Positions 19,801 to 31,133 of a DNA stretch of 64,000 bases are shown here, in pieces. The stretch lies in the IMG/VR virus record IMGVR_UViG_3300048834_000128, positions 11,879-75,878 of that record. The stretch is one strand, 5' to 3'. The notes under the pieces were generated by a model that saw only the letters and a list, made by a program, of their open reading frames with translations, was not told the DNA's origin and ran no database searches. The first letter of the stretch is position 1; each line of letters begins with the position of its first letter. The translations under genes were made by a program, and so were the position numbers. This DNA comes from a virus.

Positions 19801-20388
19801 GTTGAAATTGGAAACATGGCACAAGGAATTTGTAACTGACTTTCTAATGGAAGATGATTTTCATAGGTTATTCTATAAATGGTATGATGACCCAAAAACA
19901 ACCGATTGGTCTCCCGAAAGCCTTATCCTATATATTAAAAATATCCACCCAAACAGAATATGTGTTTTAAAAGAGGATTATGACAACATAACCAAAGGTA
20001 AAGTCATTGAAGCAACAAGAGAAGAATGGCTAAGAGAACAGAATTAACCAAGATAAATTAAAGATATATTATGTTTATAGGCGAATTAAAAAGAATGGAA
20101 AAAAGATACGAATATAGAGGTGTTAATTATACCATATCCGTAGATATGGGCAATATATCTAAAGGCCCAAGTAGTGCTAAAAACCCGCATGACCCACGAT
20201 GGCGTGAGCATATAATAGTTTATGAACGTGTTCCAATATCGAACTTAAGAAAAGTCTTGTATGTGTCTAATGACACAATAAACGGCCTCGAAGAATTAGC
20301 ACAAACCAAAATAGACGAACTACTCGATGGTAGATACCATGAAATAATTAGGACTCTCAGGTATAATGAATTTACAGAAGTAAAATAA
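16805..20388 (+). other. Low-GC array of about 12 small hypothetical ORFs (16805-17248, 17223-17402, 17431-17817, 17846-18211, 18241-18588, 18609-18782, 18787-19029, 19019-19309, 19306-19488, 19485-19721, 19718-20047, 20071-20388)
   Basis: Tightly packed, co-oriented ORFs with A-rich start regions. Confidence 0.65.
17396..17851 (+). repeat. Perfect 41-bp direct repeat (17396-17436 and 17811-17851) flanking one ORF
   Basis: ACATTAAAATTAGCAAATAAAATAACTTATATAAAATGAAA occurs twice. Confidence 0.95.
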
Positions 20389-20478
20389 AGGAATTATTAT
20401 AACCTTTGAAAAAATCCCGTAACTGCAATATCTGTAAATCAAGAATGGAATACCCAAGACCTGCCTCTTTTTATTAAA

Positions 20479-20509
20479 TAACTACCTATTGTCTAATTTG
20501 CTAAATTTG
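20479..20509 (+). promoter_or_regulatory. Putative late promoter (tail operon)
   Basis: TAACTAC-N16-TAAATTTG. Confidence 0.65.
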
Positions 20510-20532
20510 CTGTCAACAAACAAACAGGCAAA

Positions 20533-22740
20533 ATGGCATTCTCTGACTCAAACCTGCTAATAGGTCTCGGCTTCGACCTGACCAACGCACCAAAGGACTT
20601 CAACCTTACCGACAATACCGACTACTCCGACCTTACCTATACGGATATATTCGGTGTCCTAAAGGCAGTCGACCCTTCAGGATCTCAATTCTACAACAAT
20701 ACCGACTTCAATGACCCGGATATCGACTATAACTCGTCCGATACTTCCGCAGCACTCGGTTCACTACCTTTGGACTCAGACGGACTCGTTAAGACCGGAA
20801 CATATCAGTTCACCTATTCGGTAAAGATTGTGGACATGCTGCAGTCTTTGACCATAGTGAGCAATGATTCTGGAGCGAAGACATTCACGGTAAGCGGAAA
20901 CCAGGTTGCGTTGATTCAGGCTGCAAGTGCTGCAGATTGGGAGTGCGTGGATGCGGTTACTACTGCATTGACCATCATAAGTGCAACATACAGTTCCTCG
21001 ACTCAACTTACCACTGTCACCATTGATGAAACTCTCGGAGCGTTGACCGCACTCGCTCAGTTCCAATGGACGGTAGACAGGGAGTATTCAAAACTCGTAT
21101 CTCAGGTCTACTCATACGAAACTCCTTCGGTCTGCCTTAATTGGGTAAGCGACGAATGTTGCTCCTCAATGACAATTACCGATGTGACGACCTATTTCTC
21201 AGGTGCGACCGTTACAAGACTCCATACCGTAAGTTACCCGATCGGGATTTCTCCCGCACCTGCCGACCTTACAAGTCCTCTGCAGGAGTTCTCAATTACA
21301 CCTATATGGACGGGAACTTGGGTCGATATCTTTACCGCAGACGTTGAAGCGGTCAACGGAATCATAACCATAACCGATTCGGTAAGGGGAGTCAAGGAAC
21401 ACAATGTTTCAAGCGACGAATCCTTATGTCAGGCATACACTTGTCTGGCAAATATGTCTACAAAATACAACACATTCTTAGTCACCGCACCTCAGAAAGC
21501 GATGGAGATGAGTAAGTTCATCGACCAGGCAAGTATCGCATTCATGGCGTACACGGTAGGCAAGAGATGTGGACAGAGCGACTATGCTTCCCATTTACAG
21601 GCGATATTTACGATTGCCGACTCATGCGGATGTGGTTGTTCAAGTTGCAACGATTGTTCAAGCACTCCTACTCAGGTAGTGGGATGCTGCGAGAATGTAG
21701 GCAGTTCCGATTATACGATAGTGATTCAGTCTACGGGCGGATCGCTGACCGTAACATCAAATACCGTAGGAGACACCACGACCTTTGAACTATCTGTAAC
21801 GGGGTCTTGGCTCACCACTCAGATTAACAATGCGATAGGTGCTGCAAGTATCGGGGATTTGTCAGATGTCGACGTGACGACTGCTACTCCTGCCACAGGT
21901 CAGGTTCTCGTATGGAACAACGGAACGGGTAAATGGGAGAGGGCAACGGCACAGGTATCGCTTCTCGAACTTACCGATGTAGACGATACGGGACTTGCCG
22001 ACGAAATGATAATGTACTACGATGCAGGTACTCAGACATTCAAGTTCAGACTTGAAACCGCACTTGCATTGGAAGACCTTTCAGACGTGACAATCACCGC
22101 AATAGCGACCAACGATATCATCAAATGGAACGGAAGTGCTTGGGTGAACGTCGACAACTTCCTATCATTGCTTACCGATGTAAACACTACGGGCATAGCA
22201 GACGGTTCTGCACTTGAATGGGATACCGCAACAAGCAAATGGATAGTGTTTACGCCTAAGAAGACATTGGCAAGTCTGGATGATGTAAACTTCTTAGGTC
22301 TTGCTGACAACGACAGAATACAATATAACACGGGGTCGGATTGGACTAATAAACCACTCCCTGCATTTACATACGGAGCGGCATCTTTTGCATCAGGATA
22401 TGGTGCTACTCTTGCAGGTTTCCACGATTTTGGGTATGCTATTGACGTAATAACCAACGAGATAACAATAAGGGGTGCAATATCTAACTCTAACGGTGCT
22501 TCGGGTACTGCAATAACTCCCGTAACACTTCCCGTCGGTTACAGACCTCAGCAGACCATTCCTTTCCATTGTACGGTAGGGGGTGGAGTTGCAAACGCCA
22601 TAGCAATCGGAGAAATACAGACGGACGGAGATATCGTCATATACTCATACTACAATCCTGCAGACGGAGTTCTTACGGACGGAATACCTGCAGGTGCGAT
22701 TCTTTTATCACCATCGGTTAAATTCTATTCAGCAATCTAA
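20533..22740 (+). CDS. Tail fibre/collar protein
   Basis: Cys cluster CGCGCSSCNDC; about five LxDLxDV...W fibre repeats; LPVGYRP tip domain. Confidence 0.7.
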   Translation: MAFSDSNLLIGLGFDLTNAPKDFNLTDNTDYSDLTYTDIFGVLKAVDPSGSQFYNNTDFNDPDIDYNSSDTSAALGSLPLDSDGLVKTGTYQFTYSVKIVDMLQSLTIVSNDSGAKTFTVSGNQVALIQAASAADWECVDAVTTALTIISATYSSSTQLTTVTIDETLGALTALAQFQWTVDREYSKLVSQVYSYETPSVCLNWVSDECCSSMTITDVTTYFSGATVTRLHTVSYPIGISPAPADLTSPLQEFSITPIWTGTWVDIFTADVEAVNGIITITDSVRGVKEHNVSSDESLCQAYTCLANMSTKYNTFLVTAPQKAMEMSKFIDQASIAFMAYTVGKRCGQSDYASHLQAIFTIADSCGCGCSSCNDCSSTPTQVVGCCENVGSSDYTIVIQSTGGSLTVTSNTVGDTTTFELSVTGSWLTTQINNAIGAASIGDLSDVDVTTATPATGQVLVWNNGTGKWERATAQVSLLELTDVDDTGLADEMIMYYDAGTQTFKFRLETALALEDLSDVTITAIATNDIIKWNGSAWVNVDNFLSLLTDVNTTGIADGSALEWDTATSKWIVFTPKKTLASLDDVNFLGLADNDRIQYNTGSDWTNKPLPAFTYGAASFASGYGATLAGFHDFGYAIDVITNEITIRGAISNSNGASGTAITPVTLPVGYRPQQTIPFHCTVGGGVANAIAIGEIQTDGDIVIYSYYNPADGVLTDGIPAGAILLSPSVKFYSAI

Positions 22741-23423
22741 TGACAGTAGACGAGATATATCAATGGGTGAACCTTGAACTTAACAAGTCACAGACGGGAG
22801 GCACACTGAATCCCGAGGAGTTCAACCTTGCATTGAAGTGGGCGAATCAGCAGTACTTCAAGACAAAGTACGGACTGCCCGAAACGTATACCCCAGGAAC
22901 ACCATTGCCTCCCCAAGCATGGAGTATCACTCAGGAGAATATCGACGCATTGAGTCCGTTCCTTAAAGGTAAGGGCGGAAGGGATTACCCTGCATTAAAG
23001 GTTGACATCGACGGAAGGGCAAGTATCCCGCCTGACTATGTACACGTCTCATCGGTAAGATATGGAAATAAGGCGGTAGAGGTATTGTCAAACGACGTAT
23101 TGGGAGACAGACTTTCAAGTGCCTTGGTATATCCGAGCGAAAAATATCCGATATGTACCTTTTATGGAGGGTATATTCAGTTCCATCCCGTCAGTTTGGG
23201 ATTTGTGAACTTTGACTATCTGCGAATGCCTGAGACTCCCGTTTGGGCATATACGGTGGTGAACGACCAAGCGGTGTACAATAGCAATGCTTCAATTCAG
23301 TTGGAATGGAACCCGATATACCATATTGATATCGCTAACCTGACCTTACAGTATGCTGCAAATAACCTGCGTGACCAACTGGCGATGCAGATGGCGAATA
23401 ATGTTAAAATACAAGGACAATAA
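22740..23423 (+). CDS. Tail ring/adaptor structural protein
   Basis: LNKSQTGG.LNPEEFN and DYLRMP motifs; crAss-like synteny. Confidence 0.65.
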   Translation: MTVDEIYQWVNLELNKSQTGGTLNPEEFNLALKWANQQYFKTKYGLPETYTPGTPLPPQAWSITQENIDALSPFLKGKGGRDYPALKVDIDGRASIPPDYVHVSSVRYGNKAVEVLSNDVLGDRLSSALVYPSEKYPICTFYGGYIQFHPVSLGFVNFDYLRMPETPVWAYTVVNDQAVYNSNASIQLEWNPIYHIDIANLTLQYAANNLRDQLAMQMANNVKIQGQ

Positions 23424-24067
23424 TGAATAAGGCACAGATAACGGAGTTGGTTCGTCGCAGTCTCAGTGGCGGTGACGCCCCCGCAGAACTTCGTGGCAGA
23501 TACCATGAGAAGGAGATAGAGGCGTATCTTGACCTTGCATACGAATCCCTATTCAACGCAGACCCTTCCGAAAGGCAGGAGATGAGGGCGGAATTGGGAC
23601 TTGATGCTTGGAAGTACGACAAACTCACCAAATCATACAAACTCGATATTGAATTTGATTCAGATACCGAAAAGTATTATTCGACACTACCTGTCAATGT
23701 GACCTCGATAGTGGACAACACGGGTATCAGAATGGTACACCCTTTAAAGGAGGAAACCTCGGTGTTCTTTCCGAGACATCAGACGGATGCGTTCCTTATG
23801 GGAGGACTCGACGTAAATCAGTTCTCCGATATGGTCTACTACTACCTTGAAGGAAAGACCTTGTGGTACACGGGTTCGATAGACTGCAATTGGAAGCAGG
23901 TACGGGCGAAACTATTCATAAAGTTCAGCGAATTTGACGATACCGACGATATATCTTTGCCCGACGGAAAGGACATGCAACTGATTCAGATAGCGATTCA
24001 AATGCTACAGGCTAAGAAACCTCAAGATATTTTAGACGATAACGCACCAATACAGACAGCACAATAA
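23423..24067 (+). CDS. Tail ring structural protein
   Basis: TAATG-coupled within the tail operon. Confidence 0.6.
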   Translation: MNKAQITELVRRSLSGGDAPAELRGRYHEKEIEAYLDLAYESLFNADPSERQEMRAELGLDAWKYDKLTKSYKLDIEFDSDTEKYYSTLPVNVTSIVDNTGIRMVHPLKEETSVFFPRHQTDAFLMGGLDVNQFSDMVYYYLEGKTLWYTGSIDCNWKQVRAKLFIKFSEFDDTDDISLPDGKDMQLIQIAIQMLQAKKPQDILDDNAPIQTAQ

Positions 24068-24837
24068 TGGCAGAAAAACCCTCATACGCACTAACGATAG
24101 CACAGGTTGTCAAATCTTTCCAAAACGAGCGTGGCGAAAAGACGCTTACCAATTTCGAGAGATACATGCAGATGGCACTCGAAGGATTCAGCGACATGAA
24201 CGTGTTCGAGATTAACTCGATAGAGGTCGTGTATCTTACCATCGACCCCGAAACCATGATTGCCGAACTGCCCGCCGACTTCATCACCATGACCAAGATG
24301 GGCATTAATATCAACGGAAAGATGTGGACCCTTACGGTAAACAACGACATTCTGTTGCCTCCTCCTTCAAGTATATGCGATATCGAACCGGCAGCAGTAC
24401 CCGGAACTCAGGTCATAACGGATCCGATCGGAGGATATTATTTCGCACCTCACTACAACAGGTCGGGCAGATATGTAGACACCTTATACGGAGTAGGTGG
24501 AGGATTCAATACCGCTTATTACAGGATTGACATGTCGAGAAGGATTATCTACTTCCAAGGCAGGATTCCTAATAATGAGGTGATACTTGAGTATAAATCG
24601 TCAGGCATTAAGGGCAGTGGAACGATAGTGCCGAGACAGGCGGTTCCTGCATTAAAGGCATACCTTCATTGGAAGTCAACAGAATATGACGGTCGTATAT
24701 CAATGGGCGAAAAGATGCGTAAGGAGAACCTTTACGATAAGGAACTTGTCAAACTTACCCAACTCGAAAACTCATTCACGGTCAGCGAATTTTTGGATAC
24801 AATGTACTCAACTTATAGTCAAACTGTTAAGAGATAA
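24067..24837 (+). CDS. Tail tubular/ring protein
   Basis: AELPADFI and VILEYKS...ALKAYL motifs; precedes the stabilisation protein. Confidence 0.65.
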   Translation: MAEKPSYALTIAQVVKSFQNERGEKTLTNFERYMQMALEGFSDMNVFEINSIEVVYLTIDPETMIAELPADFITMTKMGININGKMWTLTVNNDILLPPPSSICDIEPAAVPGTQVITDPIGGYYFAPHYNRSGRYVDTLYGVGGGFNTAYYRIDMSRRIIYFQGRIPNNEVILEYKSSGIKGSGTIVPRQAVPALKAYLHWKSTEYDGRISMGEKMRKENLYDKELVKLTQLENSFTVSEFLDTMYSTYSQTVKR

Positions 24838-24843
24838 TAATAA

Positions 24844-27800
24844 ATGTCAGACATTAAAGACCAAAGATACTTCTGGGGAGGCATCGACTCGGACAGCGAT
24901 TTTCGTAACGTCATGCCCGAAGATTACATTTCGGCACACAACATCGTTTCGGGTCTTTCTAAGATAGGCGGAGTGACCAACTTCAAAGGCAATACGCTTG
25001 TTCCATATTCCCTACCTACGGGCAACAACACCTGCATAGGAACCCTTAGAAACATCAAGGAGAACTCAATCATCTATTGGGTCTATAATGACCAAGGCAA
25101 CCATTCAATACTCGAATACTACTGCGATACCAATTCCATACTCCCGATACTTGAACCCGATGCCGCATTGGGATTCACTACCGACTTCTTGGGATTCACA
25201 CTTGACCATAAGATACATTCTGCGAACATCATAAACGACCTTCTGTTTTGGACAGATAATAATGTATCCCCAAGGCAGATAAACAAGAAGTCCGCAAGGG
25301 CGTTTCTCAATCAGACACCTCCGAGTGCCGACGTGTTCCCTTATGACAATCTGATAGCGACTTCTTTGGTAGAGGCGTACAAGACTCAGTTTCTTGAAAC
25401 AATCAAGTACAAGCCCGAATCACAACCCCTTATAGACCTTCGATACGACCCTACGAGAAAGACCAACTATCTGAGGGAGAAGATGGTGCAGGTAAGATAC
25501 AGGTATATCTACCTTGACAACGAGCCTTCGAGGTGGAGTGACGGGTCCTATGTATCATTGCCAACGGGAGTCGAGAATATCAACGGACCCGACTATAACA
25601 TGATAGCGAACAACTATCTGAGGGTATTCGTAAACACGGGGCATCCCAACGTAAAGGAGATTGAACTCGCATTCAGGTTCGGGAATACGGAAGCATGGGG
25701 TAGACTCGATACCCCGATACGCAAGTATGACAATGACAATCAGAGACTACTTTCGGATTTCACGGTGGTCACATACGACTTCTACAATGACTCGGTTCTT
25801 ATCATACAACCCGACGAAATAGACAACTATGATGCGGTTCCTTTAAAATCAAAGACTCAGGAAATAGTTGACAACAACATATTGGTATATGCAAATAATG
25901 AGGAAGGGTACGAAAATCCCGACCTTGATGCAAGTATTACCTATTATAATGAGTTGACGGATATGGGAGAACCCGAACTCGATGACTTCAAATATGTACT
26001 CGATACGACAAACTATCTCCTTATACCTATGAACAAGGGTGAGTTGACAGTCGGGTGTACACTTACCTTCTTTGCAAACTATTTTGCCCCCGTAAGTGAT
26101 TTCTATATCAGTTACGCATTTCAGGAAGACGATTTCATAAATTGGCCGTATAATTTCCAAGAAAGCCTTTATCAGATGATGGTAAACTCGTTGGTTCCAC
26201 CCGTATCTCCAAGTACCGTAAACAAGGTGGCATCATATAATTATTTGGGAACTGATTATGCTGCAATAACCATTGACAATGCTTCTATTGACGATTTAAC
26301 GGTTCTGACCCCATTTAAGAAAATACCTTCATGGAAGAAAGGTGCATGGCACCCGTTCGGAATAGTCTACAAGGATATACAAGGTCGGGATGGCGGAGTT
26401 CTTACGGGTCAGTCATTGGCATTATACAATCCGTATCTGCCCGAAATATTTCCTCTGACTTCACTTGACAATCAGTTCGCATACAAGTCTCAGGCAAGGA
26501 TTACCATTAACCACCAACCTCCGATTTGGGCACACACCTACGAGATAGTATATGCCACCAATGACCTTCTTAAATACACCCAATTCGCAGTCAAGGATAA
26601 TCCTACTCAGGACGTCAACGGGAATTACAACATAAAATGCGACTACATTATCGACTATATAAACGATGTAAGGGTTGACGGTTCACTCGACTTTCAGTTT
26701 GAAACGGGAGACAAGTTGAGATTCATTGCAAACACCGACAACTATTGTTCCATGTATGTGGAAGCGAAGGTATTGGCGTTCGATACATCTACAAACGTAT
26801 TGACCGTTTCGGCATATTCATCTTCTCAGATTACCGCAGGGATGGGCACCCCTACTCAGGAAGGCACGCTTGTGGAACTATTTCAGAACAAGACCCTTGC
26901 CACTCAGGAAGACAGACCATATTTTGCAATCGGAGAAACCTACTCGGTACTCAATGCAGGTACGGCAACCCGTGCCCATCAAGGCAATCTTGTCAATCAG
27001 AACACTACCCTCGGGATACCTGCACAACTTTCATTAAATAGAGGGGACTGCTATATCTACCGAAGGTATTTCGATGACAACACGCTTGAAACAATGGTGG
27101 AATCCGAGAATTTCAGCGATGTGTATGCTTCAAGGAATATCGACATTTCATCATTGTATGTGGTGATTCCGAACAACAGGACTCGTAGATACGAACAAGG
27201 ATTAAGGCACTCAGGAAGGTATTTTCCGAACACCAATGTAAACAATATATGCAGGTTCGGAGGTAGCGATACAGACACCCTTAATACAATGTACGGACCT
27301 ATCAACAGGATAATGGCGATAGGATACACCTTGAAATGCCTTCAGACCAAGAAGAACACCTCGATATACATTGACCGAAACATGATATTCAATGCCGACG
27401 GAACATATCAGTTGGCGACAACGGACAAGGTATTCGGCAATAAGAACCCGAGCGAACTCGACTACGGATGTATGCACCCCGAAAGCGTTGTGGCGGACGA
27501 CAGACAGATGTACTTCTTCGACGTAAACACGGGGTCATTCATTCAGGATTCGGCAAATGGAATGATACCTATTAGTGATTACAAGGCAAGGACATTCTTC
27601 CGTGACATATCAAATCTGATAAAGAACAATCCCGATATCTATGTGTACTCGGGAGTTGACAATGCGAACGACTACATAAACGTCACCTTCATCGACACGG
27701 GACTGGTTCCTGCGATTGAGGATACCACGATAGTCTATCAACCTTCTTCTAACAGATGGAAGACATTCACCGACTACCTGCCCGAATACTACGGGTCAAA

Positions 27801-28254
27801 CGCACTCGTGATAGCGATGTTCAAGGATGGTCAGTTGTGGACGGGCAATACCAATGCGATAAGAAATAGTTTCTTCGGGGTGACATATCCTTCAAAAGTG
27901 AAGACCGTTTCAAACATGGATTTCGCCAAGATAAAGGTATTCTTAGCGGTTGCAATCTATTCAAACAAGACATGGTTCAGTCCTAACGACGGAGATATCA
28001 ACGTACTGCCTTCGGTAACGTATCCTCAAGGGATGACATCAAGGTTGCTCGAGTCGAAGTTCAGGTGGAAGGAAGGTGTTTCTTATAGCGAATACATGAG
28101 GGATTTGCTGACTCCGAACACTACCAACCCAATCATCAACGGAAGGAAACTGAGGGGAGAATGCCTCGTGCAGGAAATCCGCAACGAAGATACCGACGAA
28201 GTGATACTCTATTCCGTGATAGTTCACTCCACTCCGAGCGAAATGTCCAAATAA
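24844..28254 (+). CDS. Tail stabilisation (muzzle; P22 gp10-like) protein
   Basis: 1136 aa, beta-rich; GGIDSDSD, LFWTDNNVSPRQIN, YGCMHPES, KFRWKEG. Confidence 0.8.
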   Translation: MSDIKDQRYFWGGIDSDSDFRNVMPEDYISAHNIVSGLSKIGGVTNFKGNTLVPYSLPTGNNTCIGTLRNIKENSIIYWVYNDQGNHSILEYYCDTNSILPILEPDAALGFTTDFLGFTLDHKIHSANIINDLLFWTDNNVSPRQINKKSARAFLNQTPPSADVFPYDNLIATSLVEAYKTQFLETIKYKPESQPLIDLRYDPTRKTNYLREKMVQVRYRYIYLDNEPSRWSDGSYVSLPTGVENINGPDYNMIANNYLRVFVNTGHPNVKEIELAFRFGNTEAWGRLDTPIRKYDNDNQRLLSDFTVVTYDFYNDSVLIIQPDEIDNYDAVPLKSKTQEIVDNNILVYANNEEGYENPDLDASITYYNELTDMGEPELDDFKYVLDTTNYLLIPMNKGELTVGCTLTFFANYFAPVSDFYISYAFQEDDFINWPYNFQESLYQMMVNSLVPPVSPSTVNKVASYNYLGTDYAAITIDNASIDDLTVLTPFKKIPSWKKGAWHPFGIVYKDIQGRDGGVLTGQSLALYNPYLPEIFPLTSLDNQFAYKSQARITINHQPPIWAHTYEIVYATNDLLKYTQFAVKDNPTQDVNGNYNIKCDYIIDYINDVRVDGSLDFQFETGDKLRFIANTDNYCSMYVEAKVLAFDTSTNVLTVSAYSSSQITAGMGTPTQEGTLVELFQNKTLATQEDRPYFAIGETYSVLNAGTATRAHQGNLVNQNTTLGIPAQLSLNRGDCYIYRRYFDDNTLETMVESENFSDVYASRNIDISSLYVVIPNNRTRRYEQGLRHSGRYFPNTNVNNICRFGGSDTDTLNTMYGPINRIMAIGYTLKCLQTKKNTSIYIDRNMIFNADGTYQLATTDKVFGNKNPSELDYGCMHPESVVADDRQMYFFDVNTGSFIQDSANGMIPISDYKARTFFRDISNLIKNNPDIYVYSGVDNANDYINVTFIDTGLVPAIEDTTIVYQPSSNRWKTFTDYLPEYYGSNALVIAMFKDGQLWTGNTNAIRNSFFGVTYPSKVKTVSNMDFAKIKVFLAVAIYSNKTWFSPNDGDINVLPSVTYPQGMTSRLLESKFRWKEGVSYSEYMRDLLTPNTTNPIINGRKLRGECLVQEIRNEDTDEVILYSVIVHSTPSEMSK

Positions 28255-28282
28255 CAACAAACATATTAATTTCTTACATTTG
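28252..28282 (+). promoter_or_regulatory. Putative late promoter (cargo proteins)
   Basis: TAACAAC-N16-TACATTTG. Confidence 0.7.
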
Positions 28283-28308
28283 TACTCTATAAAGCAATCT
28301 GAGGACAA

Positions 28309-29160
28309 ATGATACCAATATTAGAAACTCTTACCACCGTGCTACCCCAAGTCAAGTACGGAATTGCTCCACTTGCAATAATGGCCGCAGCACAAGCCAT
28401 ACCTTTCGTAATCAATACCGCCAAAGGAATTTCTCAAGGATATAAGGCGAAACAACTTGCCAAAACTCCAAGGCCCGAGTATCAGATCCCGGACGCTTTA
28501 ATAAAGTCCGTGAACAACGCCAAGTACATTTCCTCAATGAGGGAATTGCCAGGACAGAACCTTATGGAAGGAAGAATTGGGCAGAATTTGTCAAGAGGTA
28601 TTCAGGACTTGAAGGATGTCAGCTCATCTCCGGCAGAACTTGCTGCGAACGTATCGAGAATGTACTCGGGTTCAAACAATGCTATAAATGATATCGGAAT
28701 GGCTGCAGGACAGAATTGGCTAAACAATCAGGCGGGATTCCGTCAGGCATTGGGTCAGTTGGCAGGTGCGCAGGACAGGCAGTGGCAGATAAACAAGTTC
28801 GACCCTTATGCTAATGACATGGCTGCAAGTGCGGCACTAAGAGAGGGTGCGTTCAGAAATATATCGGCAGCAGGACAGAATATCGCAAGCGGAATTAGTG
28901 GGTATGGAAACATGAAATTCATGGAGAATCTTTATGGTGGCGGCGACAATTCAATCGGAAGCGGAACGTCTGCAAAGACATTCGACACGGGCAATTCGGG
29001 CAATGCCCCTAATATATCATTGGGAGAAGCCATCGGAAGTGCCAACAATATGAATGGGCCGAATCCGAACGGAGGTCTTGACATAAACGCAATGATGCAG
29101 TATATTCAGAACAGAAACAATACCATGAGTCCTCAATATCAGAAACCATTACCAAGATAA
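28309..29160 (+). CDS. Putative internal virion/ejection protein 1
   Basis: A/G/Q/N-rich and helical with a hydrophobic N-terminus; podovirus synteny. Confidence 0.6.
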   Translation: MIPILETLTTVLPQVKYGIAPLAIMAAAQAIPFVINTAKGISQGYKAKQLAKTPRPEYQIPDALIKSVNNAKYISSMRELPGQNLMEGRIGQNLSRGIQDLKDVSSSPAELAANVSRMYSGSNNAINDIGMAAGQNWLNNQAGFRQALGQLAGAQDRQWQINKFDPYANDMAASAALREGAFRNISAAGQNIASGISGYGNMKFMENLYGGGDNSIGSGTSAKTFDTGNSGNAPNISLGEAIGSANNMNGPNPNGGLDINAMMQYIQNRNNTMSPQYQKPLPR

Positions 29161-29163
29161 GAA

Positions 29164-30651
29164 ATGGATGGATTAGGATTAGTATATGAGAAACAGGGTA
29201 ATACTGGTGCGGCTGCATACAATCAGCCCGTATTTCAGATAGGCAATAATCCGCTCGATATGCTTGCTGCCGAAATAGGTCAGCAGGGCAGAATAGAGCA
29301 GATAAATCAGATGCGTCAGCAGAAGGAACTCGAAAGGGGCAATCAGCAGGCGTTGAAATTCGATGCTTCGGGTTGGGATATCGACAACAAGGCTTTCTTT
29401 ACTCAGGCGACAAAAGACTTAATGGCAGAGGGTGCATATCTTCAATCTCAGGGATACAATCTTAATGATTGGAGCAATCCCGAAGTCAGAAAATGGAATG
29501 AGAATAAGATAGGAACTATCCATGCGGCACAGGCGTCTAAAGGTCAGGAGAAGGAGATAAAGGCATATTTGGATAATGTCACCTTGAATCCCGACAAGTT
29601 CGATGTAGATGCCACCATGAAGAATTTCAGGGCATATCAGGCGATGACTCCTATACAGAGGATGCAGTTGAACCCCGCCGACATAGTTGTACCTATGGAG
29701 AAACCTTTGGATATCTATACTCCATTGGAAGAAATAAAGATTGACGACTTCGTTGACGTATCGGATAGCGAGAATCCTGAAACACGCTTTAAGACCAATA
29801 AGTTAAGGGATAAGGATTTGAAGACAGCTATTGCAGCACAGATAAAGAACCCTATCTATCAGGACATCATTAAGAAAGGTGTTGAGAAAGGTCTGTTTAA
29901 GGATGAAGCGGAATACGCACAGATGCTATTCGATAAGAAGAAATTGGAGTTCTCCAAAAACACTACCTACGAGAAGAAATCCCCACCATCAAACAATGAA
30001 TGGTCACTCGACTATATCAATTCAAGAAGTTCGGATGACCTTATGGGGGAGATAGGATATGGGGCGACAACAATTAAACTATATAAAGGAGGAACACACA
30101 ACTATGCGTACACAACTGATGTCGGAAATATCAATGCCGTAATAGGTAAAAGGGGTGCTATTGACGCTTCCGATGGCAAATATTTAAACGAAACGGGCAC
30201 ACTCAACTTACAGAGCGGTAAACTTGTTTTGGCTCCCGTAGATGCTGTCACAGGTATTCCGATACATACCAAAAACCCCGAGAACGAACGCAAACTTCTT
30301 AAAGAGGGTAAGATAATCTTCAAGCCTATGATTATAGGCAAGGCATCCGAAGGCACGGGAGATACCAAAAAGGAAATTGACATTTGGGTTCCTGCCGAAT
30401 CTACATTACAGACTACGGGAGAAAGCAAGACCATGACTGCCGCTCAGAAAGCATACATCGCATATCAGAAGAAAGCCAACGACCTCAATTCAGTAAGGGA
30501 GAAGAAAACCACAGGCACTCAGAATACACAACCTAAGAAGACAGCAACAAGAGCACAAGTCAAGTCGCTTGTCGGAACAAAAGGATATGAAGGATACACC
30601 GAACAGGAACTTATCGAGTATTACAAGAGACAAGGGTATGAAATAAAATAA
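29164..30651 (+). CDS. Putative internal virion/ejection protein 2
   Basis: Synteny and composition. Confidence 0.55.
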   Translation: MDGLGLVYEKQGNTGAAAYNQPVFQIGNNPLDMLAAEIGQQGRIEQINQMRQQKELERGNQQALKFDASGWDIDNKAFFTQATKDLMAEGAYLQSQGYNLNDWSNPEVRKWNENKIGTIHAAQASKGQEKEIKAYLDNVTLNPDKFDVDATMKNFRAYQAMTPIQRMQLNPADIVVPMEKPLDIYTPLEEIKIDDFVDVSDSENPETRFKTNKLRDKDLKTAIAAQIKNPIYQDIIKKGVEKGLFKDEAEYAQMLFDKKKLEFSKNTTYEKKSPPSNNEWSLDYINSRSSDDLMGEIGYGATTIKLYKGGTHNYAYTTDVGNINAVIGKRGAIDASDGKYLNETGTLNLQSGKLVLAPVDAVTGIPIHTKNPENERKLLKEGKIIFKPMIIGKASEGTGDTKKEIDIWVPAESTLQTTGESKTMTAAQKAYIAYQKKANDLNSVREKKTTGTQNTQPKKTATRAQVKSLVGTKGYEGYTEQELIEYYKRQGYEIK

Positions 30652-31133
30652 TGAAAGAGATAAAACTAAAGACCGGAGGTGTTGCATTCGTTGATGACGA
30701 AGATTTTGATTTATTAAATCAGTATGTCTGGTATGGTATAAAGACACAAGCGAATATTTATGCCGTCAGAGCTTTATACGACAAGACTACAAACACAGTA
30801 AGGCATGTACGAATGCACCGAGAAGTAATTGGCGCTGTTGGTAGATGGAATTTAGTAGACCATATTAATCACAACAAATTAGACAACAGAAAAGAGAATT
30901 TAAGAATTGTTACGCAGCAACAAAATCTTTGCAATCAAAGAAAGAAAAATGGGTGCAAATTTCCGTACAAAGGAGTAAAAGCAACCAAATCCGGCAAGTA
31001 CTCATCTATGATTACGCACAAAGGTAAGGGGATGGACTTAGGGACATTTGCAACAATTGAAGAAGCGGCGATTGCCTATAATAATGCTGCCATTAAGATA
31101 CATGGCGAATATGCACATTTAAATAAAATATAA
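30651..31133 (+). CDS. HNH-AP2 homing endonuclease
   Basis: RMHR, VDHINHNKLDNRKENLR; AP2 motif LGTFATIEEAAIAYN. Confidence 0.92.
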   Translation: MKEIKLKTGGVAFVDDEDFDLLNQYVWYGIKTQANIYAVRALYDKTTNTVRHVRMHREVIGAVGRWNLVDHINHNKLDNRKENLRIVTQQQNLCNQRKKNGCKFPYKGVKATKSGKYSSMITHKGKGMDLGTFATIEEAAIAYNNAAIKIHGEYAHLNKI

